DNA of 64,000 nucleotides, taken from Kiritimatiellia bacterium (lineage in GTDB: Bacteria > Verrucomicrobiota > Kiritimatiellia > UBA8416 > JABMPJ01). Made by a program: the position numbers and the translations under genes. Shown piece after piece: positions 19,022 through 28,840 of this stretch (the first letter of the stretch is position 1; each line of letters opens with the position of its first letter). Location of the stretch: positions 11,974 through 75,973 of the forward strand of contig JASLOA010000007.1 of NCBI GenBank assembly GCA_030745755.1, written 5' to 3'. The notes beneath the pieces were generated by a model. That model made no database searches. It was given only the letters and a program-made list of their open reading frames with translations, and was not told the DNA's origin.

Positions 19022-20161
19022 TCAGATACCGTGTAGCGGGAAGATCGTGCGTTTGATCTCGGCGATGGTGGCGTCGACGGCGGTGTCGACCTCGTCGCGA
19101 CGGCCGGCGTCGGAGAGCAGGACGCGGTCGCGCAGGCCGCCGAACCAATCGGTGTTGCCCATCATCACTCCGCCCATGCCCAGCATGGCATCCTCATGGT
19201 CGGTGTGATCGCCACACAGTACGCCCCAACAGAGCGCCCAGGCGCGTACGGTATGCTCGAGGTGGTAGCCGCCTCCGCCGGTAGCCAGCATCGGTTTATC
19301 GAGACCGACAACCGTTTCAACGATATCAGCCGGCGTGTTGTTGGTGAGCTGCATGTGAGCCAGCGGATCGCCCGAGAGCGTATCCATGCCAAGCTCCATG
19401 ATGATCACGTCGGGGTCAAAGGCCTTGATCAGAGGCAGCGCAGCCTGGTCGAAGGCGCGTCGGTAGGCGGCGTCATAGGTTCCCACGGGGAGCGGGACGT
19501 TAACGGAGTAGCCGACCCCCTTGCCCTCCCCCACCTCGCAGACAAACCCGGTGCCGGGAAAAAGCGTATGCCCGCTCTCGTGCATGGAGACGGTCATTAC
19601 ATCCTTGTGTGAGTAGAATGCCTTCTGCACGCCGTCGCCATGATGAACGTCGACGTCTAGAAAGAGGACGCGCTTGCCGGCTGCAAGGAACGCGTTGGCG
19701 GCCATGACCAGGTCGTTGAGGTAGCAGAATCCTGAGGCCTGCCCTGCATGGGCGTGGTGCAGCCCTCCGGACGGATTGAACGCCACCTTTGCCTTTCCGT
19801 CGATGATCCAGCGCGCGCCTGTGATTGAAGCGCCGGCAGCCAACGTCAGATACGCCATCATGCCGGGCCAGACAGGGCAGTCGGGTGTGCCGAGTCCCAT
19901 GTTCAGCGCCTCAAAGGGGTCCAACGTACCGGCCGCCGCGGCCTCTACCGCGTCGAGATACTCCGCCGTGTGAAACGCTTCCAGTTCTCCGCGCGTGGCG
20001 CGTACCGGGGCCACCACCTCACGGTCGTCGCCGGCGAGCAGCCCCATGGATTCCGCCGTGCTCAGCGCCCGGGAGGCCCGGCTGGTATTGAACGGACACT
20101 GCGGCGGGTACCCGTTCTGGTTCAGGTCATCGCTGTGGATGAAGATGTGGTTGTTTTGCAT
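19022..20161 (-). CDS. histone deacetylase / AcuC / acetylpolyamine amidohydrolase family protein
   Basis: Arginase-deacetylase fold motifs DVDVHHGDGVQ and GGGGY. Confidence 0.8.
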   Translation of the reverse strand: MQNNHIFIHSDDLNQNGYPPQCPFNTSRASRALSTAESMGLLAGDDREVVAPVRATRGELEAFHTAEYLDAVEAAAAGTLDPFEALNMGLGTPDCPVWPGMMAYLTLAAGASITGARWIIDGKAKVAFNPSGGLHHAHAGQASGFCYLNDLVMAANAFLAAGKRVLFLDVDVHHGDGVQKAFYSHKDVMTVSMHESGHTLFPGTGFVCEVGEGKGVGYSVNVPLPVGTYDAAYRRAFDQAALPLIKAFDPDVIIMELGMDTLSGDPLAHMQLTNNTPADIVETVVGLDKPMLATGGGGYHLEHTVRAWALCWGVLCGDHTDHEDAMLGMGGVMMGNTDWFGGLRDRVLLSDAGRRDEVDTAVDATIAEIKRTIFPLHGI

Positions 20162-20243
20162 TGCATTGCCCTCACGGCTCGCCGGGGACAGCTCGCCCTA
20201 CCCCATTCACGGTAAGGTAGGGCGAGCCGTCCCGGCGAGCCGC

Positions 20244-21773
20244 TTATGGAAACACCGCCTCCGGGGTTTCAACATTTGGCATCTTGCCTTGTCTCATCGC
20301 TTTCAGCAGGTCCCCATAGACCTGCCGATTGACGTACAGCATGGCAGGTCCATCGGAGTGAATCAACTGCCAGTCTCGCCGACGGGCCAGGCGGCCCGCG
20401 ATCGGGTTGCCATAGTGTACGAGCGCCATATCGGTTGGGTACGCTGTCAGGATGCGCTCCCACCCGTTGCGCCCGTAGAGACCGGCGATGTAGTCCTCCA
20501 CGACCGGCTCACTATAGGCCGAGCGGAACCGGCCATCCATGAAGACCCGGCACTGCGGGTAGAGGTGCCAGGTGCAGTACTCGGCCCAGTCGAAGAAAAC
20601 AAAGATGTTACCGGACACCCCGTGCTGTTTCATGAACGCCACGGTCCGCAGCGGATAATCGTCGGCCTTGATTTCGATCTCAAGCGGACGTGCCTTGTTG
20701 AAGGTCGCGGCCGTATAGAGAGAGAAAGGAATGAACAGCGCCAGCACGACCGCCCACACCACGCGAGGCAGGCGTCCGGCCAGCCGGTCGATCACCTCGC
20801 CGGCCATACCTTCAACATGCCGCCCCGCCGTGAATCCTGCCACAATCGCGAACAGCGGTATGTTCCGGCGTAAGACGATCGCCGCCAGGAGCGAGAGGTA
20901 GAGAATCGTCGTCCAGGCCAAGTCCTTGTGCGTCCGGGAGAACGGGTAGGCACAACAGACCACAATGGCCAGCCCGATGAAATCCGGATGGATCATCCAG
21001 TGCCGGATCGGGCTGAATGGCGCCCACTCACTCAGGTACGGCCGCGCCGTGCCGCCCGACTCGAGGATGAAGCTCCACAGCCGGATACCGAACGGGTTCA
21101 CAAACGTGGCGACAACAAACAGTGCAACGCCGCCGAAAAGGACAAGCGGGAGCCAGCGGAGCTGGACGGCATGACGTCGACTGCTAATGGTCTCCAGCAC
21201 CGCATGAACCAGCAGCACGATAGCGCCGATGAAAAATGCACCGTGAAGGTTGGCCCACAGCATCCCCAGCAAGGGAAAGACCAACAGGTGCAGCCAGGCC
21301 CGCCGCCGAAATCCTTTAAGAAGGAATAGAAACAGAGCCAGCAGCAGGTAGGTAAAATGGTGCGGGCGCACACCGAACCCGTAGCTCATCGTGGAAATGA
21401 TCAGCACCATCAGCAGCATCCGCACCGCACCAGAGCAACACTCGTGTCGAAGGGTTGCATGCATCAGTGCCAGCACGACCAGCCCCAACAGCGTCTTGAG
21501 AATCAGGAGACCCGTATTGCCCGACAGCAGCCAGGTCTGATGGAACAGGTATTGCGCCAGCCACTCATGGTTGACCCATGGCCGGTCCGGCTCCGTATAG
21601 GAATAGGTGTTCGTGACATGGAAATCGTCGCACCCGGGGAGCGCGCGGACAAACCCGACATTCCCCCACAGGTCCACGTCGGCCTTGTTATCGGAAAACA
21701 CCTGCAGGGCAAAACAGACCACGGCCGCGACGGCCAACCCGTGAACGACAGACTGCAGGCGAGGCACACGCAT
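20244..21773 (-). CDS. polytopic membrane protein (GT-C/ArnT-PMT-like fold suspected)
   Basis: 509 aa with about 12 hydrophobic segments and a larger C-terminal soluble part. No definitive motif. Confidence 0.5.
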   Translation of the reverse strand: MRVPRLQSVVHGLAVAAVVCFALQVFSDNKADVDLWGNVGFVRALPGCDDFHVTNTYSYTEPDRPWVNHEWLAQYLFHQTWLLSGNTGLLILKTLLGLVVLALMHATLRHECCSGAVRMLLMVLIISTMSYGFGVRPHHFTYLLLALFLFLLKGFRRRAWLHLLVFPLLGMLWANLHGAFFIGAIVLLVHAVLETISSRRHAVQLRWLPLVLFGGVALFVVATFVNPFGIRLWSFILESGGTARPYLSEWAPFSPIRHWMIHPDFIGLAIVVCCAYPFSRTHKDLAWTTILYLSLLAAIVLRRNIPLFAIVAGFTAGRHVEGMAGEVIDRLAGRLPRVVWAVVLALFIPFSLYTAATFNKARPLEIEIKADDYPLRTVAFMKQHGVSGNIFVFFDWAEYCTWHLYPQCRVFMDGRFRSAYSEPVVEDYIAGLYGRNGWERILTAYPTDMALVHYGNPIAGRLARRRDWQLIHSDGPAMLYVNRQVYGDLLKAMRQGKMPNVETPEAVFP

Positions 21774-21778
21774 GGGCG

Positions 21779-22933
21779 TCAGATCTCCAGGATCCGGCTT
21801 CCCTCGCCCTCGTTGTCCTCATTACCGAGGTAATGCGTCGTCTTGTATTCGTTGACCGCGTTCAGCTTGCGCAGGATCTTGCCAAGGGTCTTAACCGCAT
21901 CGATGCTGCTATCCACAAGTTTGGGCAGCACTTCGTCGCCGCTGTTCAGCTTCTTCTGGATGATCCCCAGGTTGGCGAGCAATACGGTAGCGGGCTGTCC
22001 CAGGTGGTGACAGGCCGCCCCGAGGCTCTCCAACATGACGCGGTGTTTCTCGTTCTCACGGGCGGCGGCCTCGGCGACTTTTCGATCGCTGATGTCGGCC
22101 AGCGAGAAGACCACACCGACAATCTCGCCGTCGCTGTTGCGGTTACAGACGGCCGATATGGCCACATCGAACTCACGACCATTACTGTCGCAGGCCCGCA
22201 TTTCACCGGTCCAGTCCTCGCCATCCCCCATGACCGTACCGATCATCTCACTGGCCTTGTCGACATCGCACAACAGGTCGCGCACATCCGTGGTCAGAAG
22301 CTCCTCGGCATCCTCATAGCCCCACATGCGGGCCACGGCGGGGTTCACATATTCAAGTTTGGCTTCGATATCCGTCACCGCAATCCCGTTGTAGGCGTTC
22401 TGGATCGCGTTGTGCTCGGTACGCAACATTGCCTCGGCCTGGCGGCGCCACGTAATGTCGCGGATGAAGAAACAGAGATGCGTAGTGCCAAGGTTCAGCT
22501 TGTTGACGGCAATCTCGGCGGGGAAGACGGTCGCATTCTTACGCCGGCAGTAGGCCTGAATCAGCGTGTAGCGCTCCTCCTCAAGGTTGTCGCATAGCGT
22601 CTTGATGAGAGACTCGTCAGCACCGGAGATAACGTCAAAGATGGTCATCTCGGTCAGATCGCCACGTTTGTAGAGCAGGAACTCAATGGCGCGGGCATTG
22701 GCGTCAACGATGTTGCCATCCAGATCACAGATCAGCGCGGCATCGTAGACGCTCTGGAGCAGCTCGTTGTAACGCGAGTCAGTATCCAGCTCGGCCGTCT
22801 TGGCCTTGGCACGCCGTGTCCGCGTCGAGGAAGTAATAACCATGCGGCGCTTCTTACCCGCCGCAGGCTTCTCGGGCACGTCCGGGATCAGGTCGATCCG
22901 CATGGTCTGGGCTAACTTCTCTTTATCCGGCAC
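21779..22933 (-). CDS. tandem-PAS sensor protein with H-box-like C-terminus (no ATPase domain)
   Basis: Two PAS-like repeats followed by a NEKHRVMLESLGAACHHLGQP region. Confidence 0.6.
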   Translation of the reverse strand: MPDKEKLAQTMRIDLIPDVPEKPAAGKKRRMVITSSTRTRRAKAKTAELDTDSRYNELLQSVYDAALICDLDGNIVDANARAIEFLLYKRGDLTEMTIFDVISGADESLIKTLCDNLEEERYTLIQAYCRRKNATVFPAEIAVNKLNLGTTHLCFFIRDITWRRQAEAMLRTEHNAIQNAYNGIAVTDIEAKLEYVNPAVARMWGYEDAEELLTTDVRDLLCDVDKASEMIGTVMGDGEDWTGEMRACDSNGREFDVAISAVCNRNSDGEIVGVVFSLADISDRKVAEAAARENEKHRVMLESLGAACHHLGQPATVLLANLGIIQKKLNSGDEVLPKLVDSSIDAVKTLGKILRKLNAVNEYKTTHYLGNEDNEGEGSRILEI

Positions 22934-23077
22934 GTCTCACCTCTTCGCTGGGGCTCCTCGATGCATGCACTGAACTCAACTGCACCATAACGTTGCACGG
23001 ATTATCCACAAACCACACTGAGCGTCAAGCCGCGCGTGGCAGTGGAGTTACCCCAATTTTCGCGCCATTGGCTCATA

Positions 23078-23152
23078 GGAGATCCCTCGACTTCGCTCGG
23101 GATGACCGTTTCCTAAGGATTCTTGTCATGCCGAGCGAAGCCGAGGCATCTC
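23078..23152. repeat. REP/MITE-like palindromic element (copy c, halves in swapped order)
   Basis: GAGATCCCTCGACTTCGCTCGGGATGAC ...spacer... GTCATGCCGAGCGAAGCCGAGGCATCTC. Confidence 0.55.
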
Positions 23153-23349
23153 AGCCTTTGTGTTGGCTCGTTGGCTGTTCCAGATCCTAAATGAGAACGG
23201 ACCTTTGTTTTCGGGTGTTTGCAGAGCATTGGCTTGGAAGACTGGGGATACTCCACGTGCGTAGCACGATTCATCCGCCTTGGGCGGATTGACACACCTT
23301 CCGCCCTGTGGTAGAGCTACATCACATTAGTTTAAGGCAGGAGTACCTT

Positions 23350-24222
23350 ATGTTTTCGGGAGCTTATACAGCGCTGGTCACGCCCTTCAATCGTGATGGC
23401 AGCATTGATTTCGGGAAATTCAGCGCACTGATCGAACGACAAGCCGAGTCCGGCATCGACGGTATCGTGCCGGTCGGCACGACGGGCGAATCGCCCACGC
23501 TGAGTTTCGACGAGCATTCACAGGTGGTAGCAGCGGCGGTGGAAGCAGCGGGCGGGCGCATGCAAGTCATCGCCGGGACCGGCTCGAATGCCACCAGTGA
23601 GGCCGTCACCCTGACACGTCACGCCAGGGAAGCCGGCGCCACGGCCACCTTGCAGGTAACGCCTTATTACAATAAGCCCAGCCAGGAAGGGCTCTACCGC
23701 CATTTTTCCGAGGTGGCCGCCATCGGCCTGCCGGTGGTGCTCTACAACGTACCGGGGCGAACCAGTCGGGAGATCGCCGTCGACACGGTGGTACGACTGG
23801 CGGAGGTACCGAACATCGCCTGTGTCAAGGAAGCCGGTGGCAGCGTTGACCGCGTCAGCGCCATCTTGAACCGTTGCGACATCTGCGTGCTCTCCGGCGA
23901 CGACCCGCTCACGCTGCCCATGATGGTGGCCGGCGCCACCGGTGTCATCAGCGTGGCCTCAAACATCGTGCCCGAAGCCGTGGTCCGCCTGACCCGCCTC
24001 GCCCTCGAAGGCAACTGGGTCGGGGCACGTGCCGTACACCGTCAGTATTACCAGCTCTTCTGCGACTGCTTTCTCGACACCAACCCGGTCCCGATCAAGG
24101 CGGCCATGGCCATGGCCGGACTCATCGAGGAGAACTACCGGCTGCCGCTATGCAGCATGGATGACACCCTCAAAGAGCGTCTGCGCCATACGCTGGCAGA
24201 TGCAGGAGTGGAATTGACATGA
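23350..24222 (+). CDS. dapA: 4-hydroxy-tetrahydrodipicolinate synthase
   Basis: MFSGAYTALVTPF..., with GTTGE and active-site Lys regions. RBS AGGAGT upstream. Confidence 0.9.
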   Translation: MFSGAYTALVTPFNRDGSIDFGKFSALIERQAESGIDGIVPVGTTGESPTLSFDEHSQVVAAAVEAAGGRMQVIAGTGSNATSEAVTLTRHAREAGATATLQVTPYYNKPSQEGLYRHFSEVAAIGLPVVLYNVPGRTSREIAVDTVVRLAEVPNIACVKEAGGSVDRVSAILNRCDICVLSGDDPLTLPMMVAGATGVISVASNIVPEAVVRLTRLALEGNWVGARAVHRQYYQLFCDCFLDTNPVPIKAAMAMAGLIEENYRLPLCSMDDTLKERLRHTLADAGVELT

Positions 24223-25031
24223 CTTCTATCGCTGTCATAGGTGCAGGCGGACGCATGGGACACTTCATCGTGCGCGCCATAGAGCAAACCCCCGATGCCA
24301 CAGTCGGCGCCGCCACCGAGCAGACCGGCCACGCCACCATCGGCCGTGACGCAGGTGAGGTCGCCGGTCTCGACGCCATGGGCGTGACGATTACGGACCA
24401 ACTTGATGCCGTCTCAACAACCGATGCCATCATCGATTTCACATTCCATTCGGCCGTGCCCAAACACGTACGCGCCGCGCAGGAGGCGGGCAAGGCATTT
24501 ATCCTTGGTACGACCGGCCTGACCGACGAAGAGGCAGCCAGCGTGCATACGGCGGCAGAATCCATCCCCGTCGTCTGGGCCCCCAACATGAGCCTGGGAA
24601 TGAACATGCTCTTCGCCATGGTCAGGCAAGCCGCCGCCGGACTGAGCGATCTCTACGATATCGAAATCGTCGAGGCCCACCACCGCCACAAGCAGGACGC
24701 GCCCAGCGGCACCGCGCTGGGACTGGCCGAGAACGCCGCGGCGGGACGTGGTGTCAGCCTGGACGACGTGGCTGACTATGGGCGGCACGGGATGACCGGT
24801 GAGCGGGTGCCGGGGCGGATTGGCATCCACGCCATCCGCGCGGGCGACATCGTGGGCGATCACAGCGTGATCTTCGCGACCGATGGTGAACGCCTGGAGC
24901 TGACCCATCGCGCCGGCAGCCGCTCCATCTTTGCGGTGGGTGCCGTTAAGGCGGCACTATGGGCAACCGGCAAGCCGGCCGGACTCTATAACATGCAGGA
25001 TGTACTGGGCTTATCGCAAGCCGGGGGGTAA
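24219..25031 (+). CDS. dapB: 4-hydroxy-tetrahydrodipicolinate reductase
   Basis: MTSIAVIGAGGRMG Rossmann start. The EAHHRHKQDAPSGTA region is typical of DapB. ATGA overlap with dapA. Confidence 0.9.
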   Translation: MTSIAVIGAGGRMGHFIVRAIEQTPDATVGAATEQTGHATIGRDAGEVAGLDAMGVTITDQLDAVSTTDAIIDFTFHSAVPKHVRAAQEAGKAFILGTTGLTDEEAASVHTAAESIPVVWAPNMSLGMNMLFAMVRQAAAGLSDLYDIEIVEAHHRHKQDAPSGTALGLAENAAAGRGVSLDDVADYGRHGMTGERVPGRIGIHAIRAGDIVGDHSVIFATDGERLELTHRAGSRSIFAVGAVKAALWATGKPAGLYNMQDVLGLSQAGG

Positions 25032-25038
25032 ACCGGTT

Positions 25039-25701
25039 ATGTCGTCTGCAAGGCATTCCGCTCACGAACCCGGGCAACGGCCCGCGCGGAGCGCGGGCCC
25101 TACCTCACCCTCGATTGAATCCACCCCTCAACCAGCTAGGGCCTGCGCTCCGCGCGGGCCGCAGCATCATTCAGCACTCCACGCTTCACACGGCATCATC
25201 GAATACGCCATCAGCCTGGGCTCCAATCTGGGCGACCGTATGGCCAACATGCAGGCCGCACGCGACCGGCTTAAGCACGATCCTGACTTCACCTTTGTGG
25301 CGCAGTCAGCCCTGTATGATACGGAGCCGGTCGGCGTCTCGGAGCCCTACCATGACTTGACCTTTCTTAATGCCGTGATCGTGGTCGAGGCACGGATTGC
25401 GCCACACAGCCTGCTCCACCACCTGCGGGCCATCGAACACGACATGGGCCGGCAGCGCGACGGCGACCGCAACGCGCCACGTCCGATCGACCTGGATATC
25501 CTCTACGCCGGGGACATCGCCGTCTCGTCGCCGGACCTGACCCTCCCCCACCCCCGCTGGCAGGATCGCCGCTTTGTTGTGCAGCCCCTCGCCGACGTAC
25601 GCCCGCAACACATCCTCCCCGACGATCCCCGCTGCGTGGCCGACGTCCTTTCCGCTTTACCCCCCGAACCGAAAGTGATTCTGTTTGCGCAGGAGTGGTA
25701 G
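25039..25701 (+). CDS. folK: 2-amino-4-hydroxy-6-hydroxymethyldihydropteridine diphosphokinase (HPPK)
   Basis: Core YAISLGSNLGD...EPVGV...PRPIDLDIL...PHPRW. The true start is unclear: there is no ATG near the conserved N-terminus. The ATG at 25039 would add a low-complexity N-terminal extension spanning the inverted repeat. Confidence 0.7.
   Translation: MSSARHSAHEPGQRPARSAGPTSPSIESTPQPARACAPRGPQHHSALHASHGIIEYAISLGSNLGDRMANMQAARDRLKHDPDFTFVAQSALYDTEPVGVSEPYHDLTFLNAVIVVEARIAPHSLLHHLRAIEHDMGRQRDGDRNAPRPIDLDILYAGDIAVSSPDLTLPHPRWQDRRFVVQPLADVRPQHILPDDPRCVADVLSALPPEPKVILFAQEW
25079..25160. promoter_or_regulatory. 22-bp inverted repeat (1 mismatch) with 38-nt loop between dapB and folK
   Basis: GGCCCGCGCGGAGCGCGGGCCC at 25079-25100 and its reverse complement GGGCCTGCGCTCCGCGCGGGCC at 25139-25160. 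Each arm is also self-complementary. Confidence 0.5.
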
Positions 25702-25758
25702 GGGAAGAAGGCTGCAGGCTGTAGCGTAGTAATTGAAAGATTCTCACAAAGAGTCGCT

Positions 25759-25831
25759 GTCATTCCGAGCTTGCCGAGGAATCTCCGAATCACAGCACGG
25801 CATGGAGATCCCTCGACAGGCTCGGGATGAC
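25759..25831. repeat. REP/MITE-like palindromic element (copy d)
   Basis: GTCATTCCGAGCTTGCCGAGGAATCTC ...spacer... GAGATCCCTCGACAGGCTCGGGATGAC. Confidence 0.6.
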
Positions 25832-25889
25832 ACTATAAGCATGTTCCTTTTGCGGAGTCAGCAGACAGACCATCAGAGAGAGTACGATC

Positions 25890-26681
25890 ATGAAGTGGAC
25901 GACAGCCAGGATTCGCAACGCCAAAGGCAAGCAGAAGCTGGCCTGCCTGACCGCCTATGACTATGCCACGGCATGCCTGCTTGATGGTGCCGACGTGCCG
26001 CTCGTGCTGGTGGGCGACTCTCTTGGCATGACGATGCTCGGCTACGAATCCACCTTGCCGGTCACGATGGAAGAAATGCTGCATCACACCGCTGCGGTCG
26101 TACGCGGCACAAAGAACGCGCTCGTCATCGGGGATATGCCGTTTCTCTCCTACCAGGTATCGATTGAGCAGGGCGTAGCCAATGCCGGACGTTTTCTGAA
26201 GGAAGCCGGAGCCGACGTGGTGAAGGTTGAAGGCGGAGCGTTTCGTGCGCCCCTGGTTGAAGCGCTCAAGCAGAACGGTATCCCGGTCATGGGCCACATC
26301 GGCCTCACCCCGCAGAGCGTCAAGGAGTTCGGCGGCTACAAAGTGCAGGGGCGTGAGCAGGATCGTGAAGCGGAGCTTCTCGCCGATGCCGCCGCGCTGG
26401 AGGCGGCCGGATGCTTCGCCATCGTACTGGAGTGCATCCCGGAAGCGCTCGGGAAACAGATCACACAGTCCATCGGCATTCCCACCATCGGTATTGGCGC
26501 CGGACGCTACTGTGATGGGCAGGTACTCGTAACGCACGACATGCTCGGCCTGCACAGCAACGTCACACCCAGGTTCGCCAAACGCTACGCCGAGCTGGGC
26601 GAAACCATGAAGGAAGCCTTTGCCGCCTACAAGCAAGACGTCGAATCAGGCACCTTCCCCGGCGAAGATCATACGTATTAG
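25890..26681 (+). CDS. panB: 3-methyl-2-oxobutanoate hydroxymethyltransferase
   Basis: LTAYDY, GDSLGMT and VKVEGG motifs. Confidence 0.9.
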   Translation: MKWTTARIRNAKGKQKLACLTAYDYATACLLDGADVPLVLVGDSLGMTMLGYESTLPVTMEEMLHHTAAVVRGTKNALVIGDMPFLSYQVSIEQGVANAGRFLKEAGADVVKVEGGAFRAPLVEALKQNGIPVMGHIGLTPQSVKEFGGYKVQGREQDREAELLADAAALEAAGCFAIVLECIPEALGKQITQSIGIPTIGIGAGRYCDGQVLVTHDMLGLHSNVTPRFAKRYAELGETMKEAFAAYKQDVESGTFPGEDHTY

Positions 26682-26720
26682 AACGCTCTCTTTCTTTGCG
26701 TTCTTTGCGTTCTTTAGCGG

Positions 26721-27290
26721 CTATTCCCTCTCCCTCCCCAAGATCAGATCCGCCGCCACGATCTTCGGCACATGATGCACATCGCTCTCATCGCGGTAGT
26801 ACTCGATGCTCTCGCTTGCCCGGATGTCTTCCAGCACGATCGTCTCCGCGGGCCGCCCCAGCGCGATGATGAGCTGCAGCTTCAGTTCTTCAGGCACACG
26901 CAGGGCCTCACGGGCCGCGGTGCGGTTGAATGATCCGATCATGCAGGCGCCGATGCCCATCTCGGCCGCCGCAAGCTGTATCGTCTGCGCTGCGATCCCC
27001 GTATTCACATTGCACTCATCCGTTCCCACGATTCCAATATAGGCCGTCGGTCGCTCCCCCTCAGCCGGCCCCGGCCAATCCTTCAGATACCCCGCCCACG
27101 CCACGCACGCAAACAGCGCGGCACAGTCCTCCGCCGTCCATAGCAGACGGAAGCGCAACGTCTGCATGTTACCCCCACTCGGTGCCAGCCGAGCCACATT
27201 GATCAGCTCACGCAACTCCCCCTCCGTTACCCGATCCGCTTCATCGAACCGCCGATACGACCGCGCCCTCCTCACCAACTCTGTAAACAT
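26721..27290 (-). CDS. nitroreductase-family protein
   Basis: 189 aa NADH-oxidase/nitroreductase fold (SGGNMQ, GIGACMIG). Confidence 0.8.
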   Translation of the reverse strand: MFTELVRRARSYRRFDEADRVTEGELRELINVARLAPSGGNMQTLRFRLLWTAEDCAALFACVAWAGYLKDWPGPAEGERPTAYIGIVGTDECNVNTGIAAQTIQLAAAEMGIGACMIGSFNRTAAREALRVPEELKLQLIIALGRPAETIVLEDIRASESIEYYRDESDVHHVPKIVAADLILGRERE

Positions 27291-27361
27291 CGCGCTCTCC
27301 TCACCTCGCTTCTTACTTACGCCTTACGGAAGCCGAAGCTGTTCTCGCCCCACTCGTTGTC

Positions 27362-28840
27362 TCACATATCCGCCGGGCTCTGAACCGAGAGCCCCGGCTT
27401 GTTCAGCACATGCGTGTAAATCATTGTCGTGGACACATCCGCATGCCCCAACAACTCCTGCACCGTACGGATATCGTAGTTTGCCATCAGCAGGTGCGTC
27501 GCAAACGAGTGGCGCAAGGCATGGCAGTTAACCTTCTTGGTAATGTCCGCCGCATCAGCCGCCTTCTTGATCGAGCGCTGCAAGTTACTCTCGTGGATGT
27601 GGTGCCGGCGTTCCACGCCACCTCGGGGATCGATCGAGAGCTTAACGGAAGGGAACACGTACTGCCAACGCCACTCCAGCCCGCCCTTGGGGTACTTCCG
27701 AGCCAGCGCATCCGGCAGAAACACCGGTCCCACACCAGCCTTCCGGTCCGCCGCAAACAGCTTACGCACACTCCCCATATGCTCCTTCAGAGGCGCAGCG
27801 TACTTCTTCGGGAGCATCGTCATCCGGTCCTTCTTGCCCTTTCCGGTCCGTACTATGAGCTGCTCGCTGTCGAAATCAACATCCTGCACGCGAAGACGGA
27901 TACACTCCATGAGGCGTAGCCCCGACCCATAGAGCAACCCCGCCATGACATAGGGTTCTCCGGCGAGATGGGCGAAGAGGCGGTCAATCTCCCCATGCGT
28001 CAACACCACCGGCAACAGCTTCGGCCGTTTCGATCGCTGAAAGTCATTCAAATCCCCAAGGGCCTTGCCGACAACAACCTTGTAGAACAGCACCAGTGCA
28101 CAGAGCGCCTGGTTCTGCGTGGACGCACCCACGTTACGTTTGTTCGCCAGGTAGGTGAGATACTCCACGATCTCCGGTTCCGCCAGGCTGCGAGGATCCC
28201 GGTACGCATGAAACGTCAAGAAACGCGTAACCCATGTCTCATAGCTGTGCTCCGTACGAATCGAATAGTTGCGACGCCGGATTTCCTCCCTCAACGTACC
28301 CAAATCCTGGCCAAACAGGTCACGGGCCTTCATGCCATCCAGCGTATCCCGAAACACCTGCTTCGCCGCATCGGCATGCAGAGCCACCGATGCATGGGCG
28401 TAGTGTTCGATCTCCGATGCAAAATGGAGGTGAGGCGACTTCCAGTCCTCCCATGGGAAGTCCTTTGCCCACGGGGTTTTGACCACCGTCACAAACAGAA
28501 TGCGCAACGCATCGACAAACTGGCTGAACTGCCAGTCCTCGAGCCGCCCGGCAGCCACCTGCTTGGACAGATAGCCCTTAATGTCCTCTGCCGTTTTATG
28601 CCCCAGTCGGACCCGCTTTGTACTTTCGATGAAATAAACCACCCGCTTCCGAGCCCACGCCACCGCCTGTGGGTTCATCCCATCCGCAGCCAGTTGACTC
28701 TCGTAGATCTCCGACGCTATCAATGCTTGGTGGCAGGAAACCGAGCCAACCGGAACGGTTGGCTCTCTTGTCGCCTCGCGTCTCGGTGAATCCTCACCGG
28801 AGAAACGATGGCTTGTTCGTGTCTTCCTGAAGAAACTCAA
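27362..28840 (-). CDS. intI: integron integrase (IntI) with long N-terminal extension
   Basis: Tyrosine recombinase boxes ALRHSFATHLL and GHADVSTTMIYTHV. The IntI-specific additional domain ALARKYPKGGLEWRWQYVFPS is present. Extended similarity to IntI1 from LREEIRRRNYSIRTEHSYETWV onward. TTG start at 28840; first in-frame ATG gives a start at 28678. Confidence 0.9.
   Translation of the reverse strand: MSFFRKTRTSHRFSGEDSPRREATREPTVPVGSVSCHQALIASEIYESQLAADGMNPQAVAWARKRVVYFIESTKRVRLGHKTAEDIKGYLSKQVAAGRLEDWQFSQFVDALRILFVTVVKTPWAKDFPWEDWKSPHLHFASEIEHYAHASVALHADAAKQVFRDTLDGMKARDLFGQDLGTLREEIRRRNYSIRTEHSYETWVTRFLTFHAYRDPRSLAEPEIVEYLTYLANKRNVGASTQNQALCALVLFYKVVVGKALGDLNDFQRSKRPKLLPVVLTHGEIDRLFAHLAGEPYVMAGLLYGSGLRLMECIRLRVQDVDFDSEQLIVRTGKGKKDRMTMLPKKYAAPLKEHMGSVRKLFAADRKAGVGPVFLPDALARKYPKGGLEWRWQYVFPSVKLSIDPRGGVERRHHIHESNLQRSIKKAADAADITKKVNCHALRHSFATHLLMANYDIRTVQELLGHADVSTTMIYTHVLNKPGLSVQSPADM

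Noticed and set aside
22934-23349. Possible lysine riboswitch or attenuator upstream of dapA
   Set aside because: Could not recognise L-box conserved helices by eye. The region contains a REP element, which explains most of the secondary structure.
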